Source: Pseudomonadota bacterium (lineage in GTDB: Bacteria; Myxococcota_A; UBA796; UBA2385). From it: a stretch of DNA of 37,118 nucleotides. Below the pieces are notes generated by a model, which ran no database searches, had not been told where the DNA came from, and worked only from the letters and a program-made list of their open reading frames with translations. The stretch lies in assembly GCA_046051725.1 (NCBI GenBank), contig JBJONS010000140.1, positions 1-37,118 of the forward strand. Reading direction: 5' to 3'. Made by a program: the position numbers and the translations under genes. Each line of letters begins with the position of its first letter. Position 1 is the stretch's first letter. Of the stretch, positions 20,046 through 29,361 are shown piece by piece.

Positions 20046-20510
20046 CTACCGGAACTCGGTGTCTACGCCGTCCTTGTCGATGGTCATCTTGACCCGCACG
20101 CTGGCGCCGGCGTCGCGGCCCGCGCAGTCGGTCTTCGCGATGGTCCACTCGACGCTGGCGCTCCTGTCCGTGTCGGCGGCGTCCATCTTCCAGGTGCCGG
20201 TCTCGGTGCAGTCCATGCGCTCGCCGTCCATCTCGACGAAGCCCTTGGCGAGGAACACATTGCCAGCGCCGAAGCTGGCCTCGGTGTACTTGAACTCGGC
20301 GCCGCCGTCCGAGGGGCGGAAGTCCTTGAGCGTCGCGGTGAGCAGCTTCGCCAGGAACTTCTGGCTGTTGGCGTCCGACGGTGCCGCGGTGGCCGGGCCG
20401 GTCTCGACCGGGGCCGCGGGAGCGGGGGCGTCCTTCTTCTTGCCCGCCGCGGCGGTGGCGGGGATGAGCAGGGCGCAGAGCGCGGAGATGACGAGGGGGC
20501 GGGCCTTCAT
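20046..20510 (-). CDS. Hypothetical secreted protein
   Basis: Signal peptide MKARPLVISALCALLIPATAAAG, A/P-rich linker, ~100-aa beta-rich body with two Cys. GC3 is high. No family recognised. Confidence 0.55.
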   Translation of the reverse strand: MKARPLVISALCALLIPATAAAGKKKDAPAPAAPVETGPATAAPSDANSQKFLAKLLTATLKDFRPSDGGAEFKYTEASFGAGNVFLAKGFVEMDGERMDCTETGTWKMDAADTDRSASVEWTIAKTDCAGRDAGASVRVKMTIDKDGVDTEFR

Positions 20511-20708
20511 GTGCTCCTCCGGGCCCCGCTGCGGTCTCGCGGGGCGTCGATTGCAGGCGATGGGCGTCGGGCGGCCCCAGCAGAGCGCCCGCCCGACGGG
20601 CTGCGCCCGAGCCTACCACCCGCGGGGGCGGACCCTGGCCGCGCCGGTGCAGAAGCCCGGCAGCGGACCCGCGCACTCCGCGCCCGGCCTCCGCGGAAGG
20701 GGGGCGCC

Positions 20709-22352
20709 GTGACGGCGCGCGGCCCGTGGCGCCTGCTCCTCCACGCCCTCGCCGCCGCGGGGGTCTTGGGGCCAGCGCTGGCCGCAGGGCCGGGCGCCGC
20801 GCCGGGCCGCCCGCGGACTGACGTCGAAGATGGCCTCTGGGGCGCCCTTCACCTCCGCGAGGCCATCGTGGGCGGCGCGCCCCTCTGGCGGGCGCCGGGC
20901 CTCAACCACCCCGACGGGGGCGTCGTCTTGGTCGCCGACCCGCTGGGCGCGGCCCTCGTGGCCGCGGTCAGCCCGTTGCTGGGGCTGGGCGGCGCGGCCA
21001 GCGCGCTGGTGGGCCTTCAGCTCACGCTGGCCGGCTGGCTGGTGCACCGGTTCTCGGTGGAGCGGGCGGCGGCGGCGGGCCGCCGGGGCGCGGGCGTCGA
21101 GGCGGCGGGCCTCGCGGCGGGCCTCTCGTACATGACGTGCGGGACGCTGTTGTCGGTCGTCCACAACGGCAGCAGCGAGGGGCTGGGCGCGGGCGCCGTC
21201 GCGCTCGCCGCCTGGATGGGCTGGCGCGCCGCCCGCCGCGGTCAGCTGCGGGACGCCGCCGGCTGCGCCCTCGCCGTCGGCTGGGGGGCCTTGCACGGCC
21301 CCTACATCGGCGCGCTGGCGCTGGGCTTCGCGCTCTGCATGGCGCTGCGCGGGCCCGCTCCCGCCGGGCTGCGGGCCGGGGCGCTCGGCCTCGGCCTCGC
21401 CTTGGCCCTGCCTTGGGCCGCGGCACAGCAGGCGGCCGCCGCGCACCCCGAGGCCCTGCTGCACATCAAAGGCGCGCCGCAGCTCCACGCCATGCGCCGC
21501 AGCACCGGCCCGGCCGATCCCCGGTCCTTCTTCCTGCCCCTCGACGCCCGTGCGCCCGACATCGCCCGCCTCGGCCGCGGCGGCGAGGCGTTCCTGCACT
21601 GCGGGTATCTTGGCTGGATCACCATGCTGGGCGCCGTTCTCGCGCCACGGCTCCCGGGAGACCGGCGGCTGCTGCTGGCGGGGCTCGGCGCCGGCCTGCT
21701 GGCGCTCGGGCCCACCCTGCTCGTCGACGGGCGCCCGCTGCTCGTCGGCGGGCGGGCGCTCCCCCTCCCCTTCGCGGCGGTCGAGCGCGCCCCGGGCTTC
21801 TCGTCCCTGTCCTTGCTCTGGAGGCTCGGGCTCGGCCTGAGCCTGACCCTGGCGCTGCGCCTCGGCGCGGCGCGCCCCCGCGGCTGGCTGCGGCTGGCCC
21901 TGCCGGCCCTCGTGCTCCTCGAGGCCGGGGCCCTGAGCCCGGCCGGACGGGCGCAGCGGGCGGTGCCGGTCGAAGCGCCCGCCGCGATCCGCGCGCTGGC
22001 CGCCGCCCCGCCCGGCGCGGTCCTCCACCACCCGGCGGCGGCGGTCACGCCCTTCCTCCTGCACCAGGCCCAGCACGGCCACCCGGTCGCCGCCACGGTG
22101 AACATCGCCGCGAACCCGGCCGCCGAGGCCCTGTGGCGCGAGATCGAAGCGGCAGCGGTCCGCACCGAGGCCGCTCGCTGCGCCCCCCTCCGCGCCCGCG
22201 CCCAGGCGCTCGGCCTCCGCTACATCGTCGAGGTGGACGTCCCTGAGGCCGCTCCCGATCCCCGAGGCCCCGCGCTCCAGGCCGCCTTGGGCTGCGCCGC
22301 ACCGGTGGGCCCGCCCCGCGGGCCAGGGCCCCGGGCCTGGGCCCTGTGGTAG
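20709..22352 (+). CDS. Hypothetical polytopic membrane protein
   Basis: GTG start preceded by GAAGGGGGG. There are many Ala/Leu/Gly-rich hydrophobic segments and a soluble C-terminal ~130 aa. The upstream part of ORF 19959..22352 overlaps other genes and is rejected. No family recognised by eye. Confidence 0.55.
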   Translation: MTARGPWRLLLHALAAAGVLGPALAAGPGAAPGRPRTDVEDGLWGALHLREAIVGGAPLWRAPGLNHPDGGVVLVADPLGAALVAAVSPLLGLGGAASALVGLQLTLAGWLVHRFSVERAAAAGRRGAGVEAAGLAAGLSYMTCGTLLSVVHNGSSEGLGAGAVALAAWMGWRAARRGQLRDAAGCALAVGWGALHGPYIGALALGFALCMALRGPAPAGLRAGALGLGLALALPWAAAQQAAAAHPEALLHIKGAPQLHAMRRSTGPADPRSFFLPLDARAPDIARLGRGGEAFLHCGYLGWITMLGAVLAPRLPGDRRLLLAGLGAGLLALGPTLLVDGRPLLVGGRALPLPFAAVERAPGFSSLSLLWRLGLGLSLTLALRLGAARPRGWLRLALPALVLLEAGALSPAGRAQRAVPVEAPAAIRALAAAPPGAVLHHPAAAVTPFLLHQAQHGHPVAATVNIAANPAAEALWREIEAAAVRTEAARCAPLRARAQALGLRYIVEVDVPEAAPDPRGPALQAALGCAAPVGPPRGPGPRAWALW

Positions 22353-22363
22353 CCTCCGCCCCC

Positions 22364-23575
22364 ATGCCGCCGCTGCCCGCCGTCTTGCTGCCCGCCCGAG
22401 GCCCCGTCGAGGGGCTCAGCGGGCCGATCGACGCGCTGCCCCTGGCCGAGGGCACGGTCGGCGCCCACCGCGCGGCCGCCCTGCGCGCGATCGGCGCCGT
22501 GGTGGTGGATCCGGCCCAGCTGGCCCCGGGCGAGCGCCGCCTCGTGCTGCGCGAGGACGCGGTGGTCACCGCCGCGGCCCTCCAGGCGCTGCTGGCGATC
22601 GGCGCGCCGGGCGACCACAGCCTGCGGGTCGGCGGGGCGGTCGAGCGGCTCTGCGCGCGGGTGCGCTTTGGCGATGACAGCCCCGTGGTGGGCATCCTCA
22701 GCGACGGGGCAGGCGACGCAAACGCGCGCCTCGCCGCGGCGCCCACGCACGAGGTGCCGCCCGGCGGGCGGGTCGTGCCCTTCCCGCTCGCGCCCGGGCA
22801 GTTCGCGGACGCCGAGATTGAGCTCCCGGTCAGTGATCTGCTCGCAGCTCCCCTCACCCACTGGCTGCAGCTCTTGTGGTGGAACCTCCTCCGCCTGACG
22901 CCCACCCTCCTCCGGGCGCTCAGCAGCCTCAACCCGTGGATCGCCCTGCCCCGGGTCTGCGGCGCGGCGTGGCGCGCGGGCAGCCTGCGGCCGATAGCGG
23001 TCGCGGCCCAGGTCCGGCGGCTGGACCAGGGCGCCGAGGTCCACCCCAGCGCGGTGGTCGAGGCGAGCTGGCTCGGACCCGGCGCGAAGGTCGGCGCCGG
23101 CGCGATCGTGCGCGGCTGCGTGCTCGGGGCCGGCGCCCAGGTCGAGGAGCACGGCCTGGTCGAGGGCTCGGTCCTCGCCCCCGGCGCGCGGGTGCAGCGC
23201 AAGGCGATGGTGAAGTTCAGCCTGCTGCGCGCGGGCGCGATGGCCGGCGGCTACATGCAGCTCGGGGTCTTGGACGAGAACGCTGCCTTCAAGCTCACCT
23301 CTGCCCTGATGGACCAGAGCTTCGGGGCGCCGGTCGAGGTGCGGGTCGGCGGCCGCCGCTGCGCCGCGCCCTACGGGCTCGCCGGGGTCTGCCTGGGGGC
23401 CGGCTCGGTGATCGGCGCGGGCGTGATGGTGGCGCCCGGGCGCATCGTGCCGCCCGGCCTGCAGATCATGCCGAGCCCGACCAGCGTGCTGCGGCGGATC
23501 CCCAGCGAGCTGCGGGGACGGGTCGTCATCATGGACGGCGGCCTCGCGCCGGCCGTCCCGGGGAGCGGCGCGTGA
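22364..23575 (+). CDS. Nucleotidyltransferase-like / left-handed beta-helix (hexapeptide-repeat) protein
   Basis: The C-terminal half carries hexapeptide-type repeats (GAEVHPSAVVEASWLGPGAKVGAGAIVRGCVLGAGAQVEEHGLVEGSVLAPGARV). The N-terminal half resembles a degenerate sugar-nucleotidyltransferase fold. Start is ATG 22364 or GTG 22346. Confidence 0.6.
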   Translation: MPPLPAVLLPARGPVEGLSGPIDALPLAEGTVGAHRAAALRAIGAVVVDPAQLAPGERRLVLREDAVVTAAALQALLAIGAPGDHSLRVGGAVERLCARVRFGDDSPVVGILSDGAGDANARLAAAPTHEVPPGGRVVPFPLAPGQFADAEIELPVSDLLAAPLTHWLQLLWWNLLRLTPTLLRALSSLNPWIALPRVCGAAWRAGSLRPIAVAAQVRRLDQGAEVHPSAVVEASWLGPGAKVGAGAIVRGCVLGAGAQVEEHGLVEGSVLAPGARVQRKAMVKFSLLRAGAMAGGYMQLGVLDENAAFKLTSALMDQSFGAPVEVRVGGRRCAAPYGLAGVCLGAGSVIGAGVMVAPGRIVPPGLQIMPSPTSVLRRIPSELRGRVVIMDGGLAPAVPGSGA

Positions 23576-24762
23576 TCATCTGGGGACAGCCGGTGCTCAA
23601 CCTCCTGCTGATGGGCGGCTACCTCAGCTTGATGAGCCTCATGTGGCTCGGGCTGTGGTGGGGCGTCCCGCGCTGGGCTGCGGGGTGGCGGCTGGCCCGC
23701 CCGGGGGGTCCGCCGCCCGCCAGCGGGCCCCGGGTCAGCCTGTGTGTGCCGGCGCGCGACGAGGCGCTCAACATCGGGCCCTGCGTGCGCGCGGCGCTGG
23801 CCAGCCGGTGGGCGGAGCTCGAGTTGGTCATCGTGGATGACCGGTCGACCGACGGGACCGGCGCCGCGGCGCTGGCGGCGGCGGAGGGCGATCCGCGCCT
23901 CCGCGTGGTCCAGGGCACCGAGCGGCCGGCGGGCTGGGCGGGCAAGGCCTGGGCCTGCGCGCGGGCCGCCGGCGAGGCGCAGGGCGACTGGCTGCTGTTC
24001 ATCGACGCCGATGTGCGGATTGATCCGGACGCGGTGCACGCGCTGGTCGACCAGGCCGAGCGGGACGGCCTCGACCTGCTCTCGGTCTTTGGGCGCTGGC
24101 GCCTCGACAGCTTCTGGGAGCGGGCGCTGATCCCCACCGTCGGGTGGTTCATCCGGGGCGCGGTGGACCTCGACCGGGTGAACGCGCCGCAAGAGCCGAC
24201 GGCCTTCGCCAACGGACAGATGATCCTCGCGCGCCGGTCGGCCTACGAGGCGGTGGGCGGCCACGGGGCGATCCGCGCCGAGATCCTCGACGACGTGCGC
24301 CTCGCCGAGCTGATGAAGCGCCGCGGGCGCCGGGCGGGCATGCGGGCGGCGCCGTGGGCCTTCGAGGTGCGGCTGTACCGGAGCCTCGGCGAGATCATCA
24401 ACGGCTACACCAAGAACCTGTACGAGGGCATGGGCAGGCGCGCGGTGATCGGCATCGGGGCCGTTCTTTTCGTGATGGTCGGCACGCTGTTCCCCTACGC
24501 GCTGGCGCTCGGGGGCGCCTTCGCCCGCGTGGTGCTGGGGTGGGGCGCGCCCGCCTGGGGCTGGATCGCCTGGGCGACGCTCATCTGCGTCGTGCAGGTC
24601 GCGTTCCGGGCGCGCATCGAGCGCTTCGACGGCCGCTCGCCGCGGATCGCCTGGGTGCACCCCGTGGCGAACCTGCTGCTGGTCTGGATCCTGTTGCGGT
24701 CGGTCTTTGGCGTCCGCGTCCAGTGGAAGGGCCGCGAGTTCGTCGACGGCAAGGCGAGCTGA
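23572..24762 (+). CDS. Membrane-bound family 2 glycosyltransferase
   Basis: N-terminal TM helices, then VSLCVPARDE, VDDRSTDGT and FIDADV (DxD), with further C-terminal TM helices. The GTG start overlaps the upstream stop (GTGA). Confidence 0.8.
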   Translation: MIIWGQPVLNLLLMGGYLSLMSLMWLGLWWGVPRWAAGWRLARPGGPPPASGPRVSLCVPARDEALNIGPCVRAALASRWAELELVIVDDRSTDGTGAAALAAAEGDPRLRVVQGTERPAGWAGKAWACARAAGEAQGDWLLFIDADVRIDPDAVHALVDQAERDGLDLLSVFGRWRLDSFWERALIPTVGWFIRGAVDLDRVNAPQEPTAFANGQMILARRSAYEAVGGHGAIRAEILDDVRLAELMKRRGRRAGMRAAPWAFEVRLYRSLGEIINGYTKNLYEGMGRRAVIGIGAVLFVMVGTLFPYALALGGAFARVVLGWGAPAWGWIAWATLICVVQVAFRARIERFDGRSPRIAWVHPVANLLLVWILLRSVFGVRVQWKGREFVDGKAS

Positions 24763-24790
24763 ACCACCGCGAGAGCGCTGCGCAGGCCGT

Positions 24791-25231
24791 TCACTCCGCC
24801 GGCTGGGGAACCGTGAGCGGCTTGGACTCGAGCGCCCGCAGCGCGCGGCAGCCGGCCAGCGGCAGCGGCAGCTCTGGCGCGCAGCCCTCGCCGAGCACGA
24901 CCACCGCGCGCACGGTGTCGCCTGGCGCCAAGCGGACCGGCGCGGCGATCCGCATGCCGTCCGCGGGCACACGGGTGGTCGGCGTGGGCGCGCCACAGCC
25001 CGGCTGCGGGATCGAGAGGAAGCGGCCCGCGGTGGCGTCAAAACGTTGCCAGTCCACCGCCCGACAGCCGGGCAGGCTCAGGCCGCCCGCGCCGCGCAGC
25101 TCGACCGAGACCGCCGCGGGATCAAGCAACAGGACCGCCTCGGCGTCGGCCGCGGCTGCGGGCCCACTCAAGCCGAGGCTGAAGCTGAGGCCACAGATGA
25201 GGAGGCGAGCGGGGCGCAGCAGGCGGGTCAT
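24791..25231 (-). CDS. Hypothetical small secreted Cys-containing protein
   Basis: ATG at 25231 followed by signal-like MTRLLRPARLLICGLSFSLGLSGPAAAA. The 146-aa product has five Cys in the mature part and high GC3. It is divergent from the beta-barrel gene at 25657. Confidence 0.5.
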   Translation of the reverse strand: MTRLLRPARLLICGLSFSLGLSGPAAAADAEAVLLLDPAAVSVELRGAGGLSLPGCRAVDWQRFDATAGRFLSIPQPGCGAPTPTTRVPADGMRIAAPVRLAPGDTVRAVVVLGEGCAPELPLPLAGCRALRALESKPLTVPQPAE

Positions 25232-25656
25232 CGGGGCTCCACGATCCACCGCCACGTCTATCGCGCGCGGCGCGCGGCCGGGGCGCGCCGCCCCATCGAG
25301 CGTTCTCAGCGGCGCAGCACCGGCGGATCGAGCATCGCGTTTTTGCGATCTTGCCCCTTCATTCCAATCAATCCACGGCCCCACCACAGAGGGCGCGCGA
25401 CCCTGCCCCTGGAGGAGCGCCCTGCGTTATAGTCCGCCGACCCTTACGCACCCGCCGTCCGCGGGGGCGCGAGGGGCCGCGGCGTGGCACCCTCGCGAGC
25501 GCTTCGCCGACCCCGACCGCCCAGCCGGGACGCGGCGTGCGCTACACTCCGCGCGCCGATTGCGCCCCGAATCCAGTGCCGCGGCTGACCCCGCGCTGCT
25601 CCCCAGCTCAGCATCCCCTCGGCCCCGCGACCCGGAGCCCCAGGAGAACACCCCTG

Positions 25657-26469
25657 ATGCGCGCCCCTCTCCAGCTCCTGGCCCCCTTGCTGGCCATCGT
25701 CGGGTTGGCCACGGCATCCCCCGCCGCGGAGGCGGGAGCCAAACCCGCGACCGACGCGATGGATGAGCTCAACAACGGCCGGCCGAAGTACAACGTCGTC
25801 CAGAACCGGTTCTTCCTGAAGGAGAACCGCATCGAGCTCTCGCCGGTCGTTGGCTACGTGCCGAACAACCCCTTCGCCAAGCGCTACGTCGGCGGGCTGC
25901 TCGGGGCGTACCACTTCAGCGAGACCCTCGCGGCCGAGGCCGCGTTCATGTACTCGCCTGACCTGGGCACCGGCGACCTCAAAGGGCTGACCACCACGCT
26001 GGTGAGCATCGCCCACGAGGGCACCGACCAGGGCTTCCAGCAGCCGATCGAGAAGATGATCCTCGGGGCCACCTTCGCGGCCCGCTGGGCGCCGGTCTAC
26101 GGCAAGATCAACCTGCTGGGCGAGCGGGTGCTCAACTTCGACCTGTACGGCGTGGCGGGCCTCGGCCTGCTCTCGATCAACGAGTACTACGCCACCTACA
26201 CCGAAGAGGGCGGGGTCCCCTCGGCTTCGCTGGGCACGGCGATCAAGAAGAACAAGGTGCCGGTGAACCTCGGGCTGGGCATGGACTTCTTCGTGAGCAG
26301 CAGCGTGGCCGTCAAGATCGACGCGCGCAGCTACCTCTACCTCGACAAGAAGCCCCAGTACGATCCCGACGTCGCGGTTGAGGAATCGCGCCTCTACAAC
26401 AACTTCATCGCGTCGGCAGGTGTGAGCGTCTTCTTCCCGAAGATGAAGCCCCGCCAGTACGACTTCTGA
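25657..26469 (+). CDS. Outer-membrane beta-barrel protein, GltA/NfsA-like (myxobacterial OMP beta-barrel type)
   Basis: AGGAG Shine-Dalgarno sequence, signal peptide MRAPLQLLAPLLAIVGLATASPAAEA, alternating beta-strand pattern, and a C-terminal aromatic end (...VSVFFPKMKPRQYDF). It is a clear paralogue of the next gene. Confidence 0.8.
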   Translation: MRAPLQLLAPLLAIVGLATASPAAEAGAKPATDAMDELNNGRPKYNVVQNRFFLKENRIELSPVVGYVPNNPFAKRYVGGLLGAYHFSETLAAEAAFMYSPDLGTGDLKGLTTTLVSIAHEGTDQGFQQPIEKMILGATFAARWAPVYGKINLLGERVLNFDLYGVAGLGLLSINEYYATYTEEGGVPSASLGTAIKKNKVPVNLGLGMDFFVSSSVAVKIDARSYLYLDKKPQYDPDVAVEESRLYNNFIASAGVSVFFPKMKPRQYDF

Positions 26470-26493
26470 GCCCGGCTCCGCGAGGATCACAAC

Positions 26494-27399
26494 ATGCGTA
26501 TGATCAACACACTCGTAGGGATCGGGGCGTTCAGCGCGGCGTGCAGCCTCGGCGTCGCGCGCGCGCAAGACGCGGCCGCGACGGACGCAGCGACCGTCGC
26601 GCCGGCGCCGGCCGCTGAGGCCGGTCTCGCCAACGACGGCCTCGCCGACGAGCTGGACGACGTGCTCAAGGGCCCTGACCCGGGCAGCGAGTCCACCGAC
26701 TCCGAGCAGACCGTCGACGAAGAGCCCGCCGCCACCCCGGCGCCCATCGCGCTCGACGAGGACGGCAAGCGCAAGAAGACGGTCATCAAGACCCTGGCCC
26801 GGAAGAACTTCCTCAAGCTGGGCCGCTTCGAGGCGTCGCCGCACGCCGCCTTCGTCGCCAACGACCCCTTCCTCAACCGCTACATCGTCGGCACGGGCTT
26901 CGGCTACCACATCACCGAGGTGTTCGCGGTCGAGACCTCGATCGACTTCGCGCCCGACCTCGGCGAAGGCGACTGGAAGCCGCTGACCACGCAGCTGGTC
27001 ACCGAGAACAACGTCTCGCCCGACATCTCGAAGCTGACGCTCTTCGGCGCGGCCACCTTCCAGTACTCGCCGATCTACGGCAAGGTCGCGGTGGTGGGTC
27101 GCAACATCGTCAACTTTGACGTGTACGGCGCCTTCGGCATGGGGTTCACCCGCACGACCGACGACCTCACCGCTCTCGGCGCCGAGGACGACCCGCGGGC
27201 CCAGATCACCCAGTTCCAGACCCACCCGACCACCAACTTTGGCGGCGGCCTCCGCATCATCTTCGGTGAGAGCATCGCTGCGCGCGTCGAGGCCCGCTCG
27301 TTGGTCTACATCGAGACGGTGAACGCCACGACCCTGGAGATGAAGAACAACCTCATCCTCCAAGGCGCGGTCTCCTTCTTCTTCCCGAACATGAAGTGA
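26494..27399 (+). CDS. Outer-membrane beta-barrel protein, GltB/NfsB-like, paralogue of the preceding gene
   Basis: Signal peptide MRMINTLVGIGAFSAACSLGVARA followed by an acidic A/P/D-rich N-terminal linker. It shares motifs with the upstream barrel (NRFFLKxxRxExSP / PDLGxGDxKxLTTxLV / YGKxxxxGxxxxNFDxYG / VSxFFPxMK). Confidence 0.8.
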   Translation: MRMINTLVGIGAFSAACSLGVARAQDAAATDAATVAPAPAAEAGLANDGLADELDDVLKGPDPGSESTDSEQTVDEEPAATPAPIALDEDGKRKKTVIKTLARKNFLKLGRFEASPHAAFVANDPFLNRYIVGTGFGYHITEVFAVETSIDFAPDLGEGDWKPLTTQLVTENNVSPDISKLTLFGAATFQYSPIYGKVAVVGRNIVNFDVYGAFGMGFTRTTDDLTALGAEDDPRAQITQFQTHPTTNFGGGLRIIFGESIAARVEARSLVYIETVNATTLEMKNNLILQGAVSFFFPNMK

Positions 27400-27449
27400 C
27401 CCGGCCGCGCCCCGCGAGCGCCGGCCCCGCGTCTGCTCTGGAGCACCGC

Positions 27450-29321
27450 ATGACCTCCGACCGACTCCACAAGGCCTCCCCCGTGCTGCTGGGCGGGCTG
27501 TCTTCGCTCGCGCTGCTGTGGGCCCCCCAAGCGCGGGCCCTCTCCTGCGACGACATCATGAACATGGTCTCGGTGAACGTGCCCGAGAACATCATCGTGA
27601 TGACCGTGAAGGACTCGGGCGAGCAGTTCACCAATGACGAGGTCAAGTGCTTGACGGAGCGCGGCGCGCCCGCGACGGTCATCAAGCAGGCCAAGTCGAT
27701 GACCGCGGCCGAGCCCGAGGTCGGCCCGACCGTGGCCCCCGACGAGGGTCCGCAGCGCAGCGCGCTCGACGAGGGCGACGACACGCTCGGCACCCGCGTC
27801 GACCGGACCAAGTCCAAGGACCTCGCCGACGAGGGCGAGGCCAGCGACGCCGACGAGCCGGCCAAGCTCAAAGAGGCCGTCAAGCAGTACCGCGCCAAGA
27901 AGCCGCTGGCGGCTTCGCTGCTGCTGTTTGAGCTCGTCGAGGCGGGCAACTTCGACCCCAAGCACGAGGCCAAGGTCGACTACTACATGGCCCGCTCGCT
28001 CGAGTCGCTCGAGCTGTGGCACACCTCGCAGTACCACTACATGAAGGTGGTCAAGAAGGGCCCGCAGGACCCGTACTTCAACTACGCCCTGCCGAAGCTG
28101 GTCAAGATCGCGCGGTACACCGGCGACGACACCGAGCTGTCCCGCATCGTGTCGCAGATCCCGACCGACGCCTTCCCGAGCGGCGCCCAGAGCGAGATGT
28201 TCTACCTCCTGGGCGTGCAGGCCTTCGAGGACGACGACCTCAGCAAGGCCCGCAAGTACTTCGGCCAGGTGTCGACCAAGTCCCCGCTCTTCCTCAAGAG
28301 CGAGTACTTCCGCGGCGTCATCTACAACCAGCAGAACAAGCTCAAGAGCGCCGTTCGCAGCTTCCGCGACGTGTACCGGGCCCAGGCCGAGGTCACCAAC
28401 GACCCGCGGTACCTCAAGGAGGTCGAAGAGGTCAAGGACCTCGCCCTCATCAACGTCGCCCGCGTCTACTACGGCATCGAGCGCTACGACGAGGCCGGCA
28501 ACTACTACGAGCTGGTCAACCGCGAGAGCAGCTACTGGGCACAGTCCGTCTTCGAGCACGGCTGGGCCAACTTCATGCAGAACAACCTCAACGACACCCT
28601 GGGCCAGCTGCTCACGGTGCGCAGCGGCTTCTTCAAGGACGACGAGTGGCTGCCTGAGGCCCCGATCCTCCGGGCGTTGACCTACTTCAACCTCTGCGAG
28701 TACAACCGCGTCGACGCGACCCTGCTCACCTTCGACCAGTACTACAAGCCGATGCTGGCCGAGATGCAGGACTTCACCAAGCAGTACGCGTCGGACGAGG
28801 GCAAGAAGCTCGCCGACCAGGCCTGGGACACGTACTTCGGAAAGGACAAGAAGAACCAGACCCTGCTGCCCAAGTCCTTGTTCAACAAGATCTTGCGGAA
28901 CCAGGAGCTGACCGGCCTCGTGCGCCACATGGCCATCATGGACCAGGAGCAGGAGCTCATCGGCCGCCAGCAAGAGCGCTGGGCCGACGCGATGACCCCC
29001 TACCTGACCAAGATCCTCGAGAAGGACCGCGAGCGCTACAAGCGGCGCGCCGGCATGCTCCTCCTCAAAGAGATGGTCCGCCAGTCCAACAAGCTCGCCG
29101 ACCTGATGTCGCAGTCGCAGATCATCCGCTTCGAGGTCGTGGACGCCCAGCGCGTGGACTACGCCTACAAGGCGCAGAACGACGAAATCGGCGACGCGCT
29201 CAACACGGTCAACGTCGACTTCGCGACCGCGGTCGAGTTCATCTACTGGCCGTTCAACGGCGAGTTTTGGAAGGATGAGCTCGGCTACTACCACTACACG
29301 GAACAGGGTTCCTGCAAGTAG
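27450..29321 (+). CDS. Secreted TPR-repeat protein, GltC/NfsC-like
   Basis: GGAG upstream of ATG 27450, signal peptide ...LALLWAPQARA, then a small two-Cys module, an acidic linker and a Y/F/K/E-rich helical-repeat body. It is third in the cluster. GTG 27396, which overlaps the upstream stop, is an alternative start. Confidence 0.7.
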   Translation: MTSDRLHKASPVLLGGLSSLALLWAPQARALSCDDIMNMVSVNVPENIIVMTVKDSGEQFTNDEVKCLTERGAPATVIKQAKSMTAAEPEVGPTVAPDEGPQRSALDEGDDTLGTRVDRTKSKDLADEGEASDADEPAKLKEAVKQYRAKKPLAASLLLFELVEAGNFDPKHEAKVDYYMARSLESLELWHTSQYHYMKVVKKGPQDPYFNYALPKLVKIARYTGDDTELSRIVSQIPTDAFPSGAQSEMFYLLGVQAFEDDDLSKARKYFGQVSTKSPLFLKSEYFRGVIYNQQNKLKSAVRSFRDVYRAQAEVTNDPRYLKEVEEVKDLALINVARVYYGIERYDEAGNYYELVNRESSYWAQSVFEHGWANFMQNNLNDTLGQLLTVRSGFFKDDEWLPEAPILRALTYFNLCEYNRVDATLLTFDQYYKPMLAEMQDFTKQYASDEGKKLADQAWDTYFGKDKKNQTLLPKSLFNKILRNQELTGLVRHMAIMDQEQELIGRQQERWADAMTPYLTKILEKDRERYKRRAGMLLLKEMVRQSNKLADLMSQSQIIRFEVVDAQRVDYAYKAQNDEIGDALNTVNVDFATAVEFIYWPFNGEFWKDELGYYHYTEQGSCK

Positions 29322-29335
29322 TGTCAGGCCGATGT

Positions 29336-29361
29336 GAGGCCGCCCAGAAGCGGGCGGCCTC
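29336..29361 (+). promoter_or_regulatory. Intercistronic stem-loop (perfect 10-bp GC-rich stem, 6-nt loop) without a U tract
   Basis: GAGGCCGCCC (29336-29345) / GGGCGGCCTC (29352-29361), located 15 nt after the stop of the GltC-like gene and 67 nt before the next start. Confidence 0.5.
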
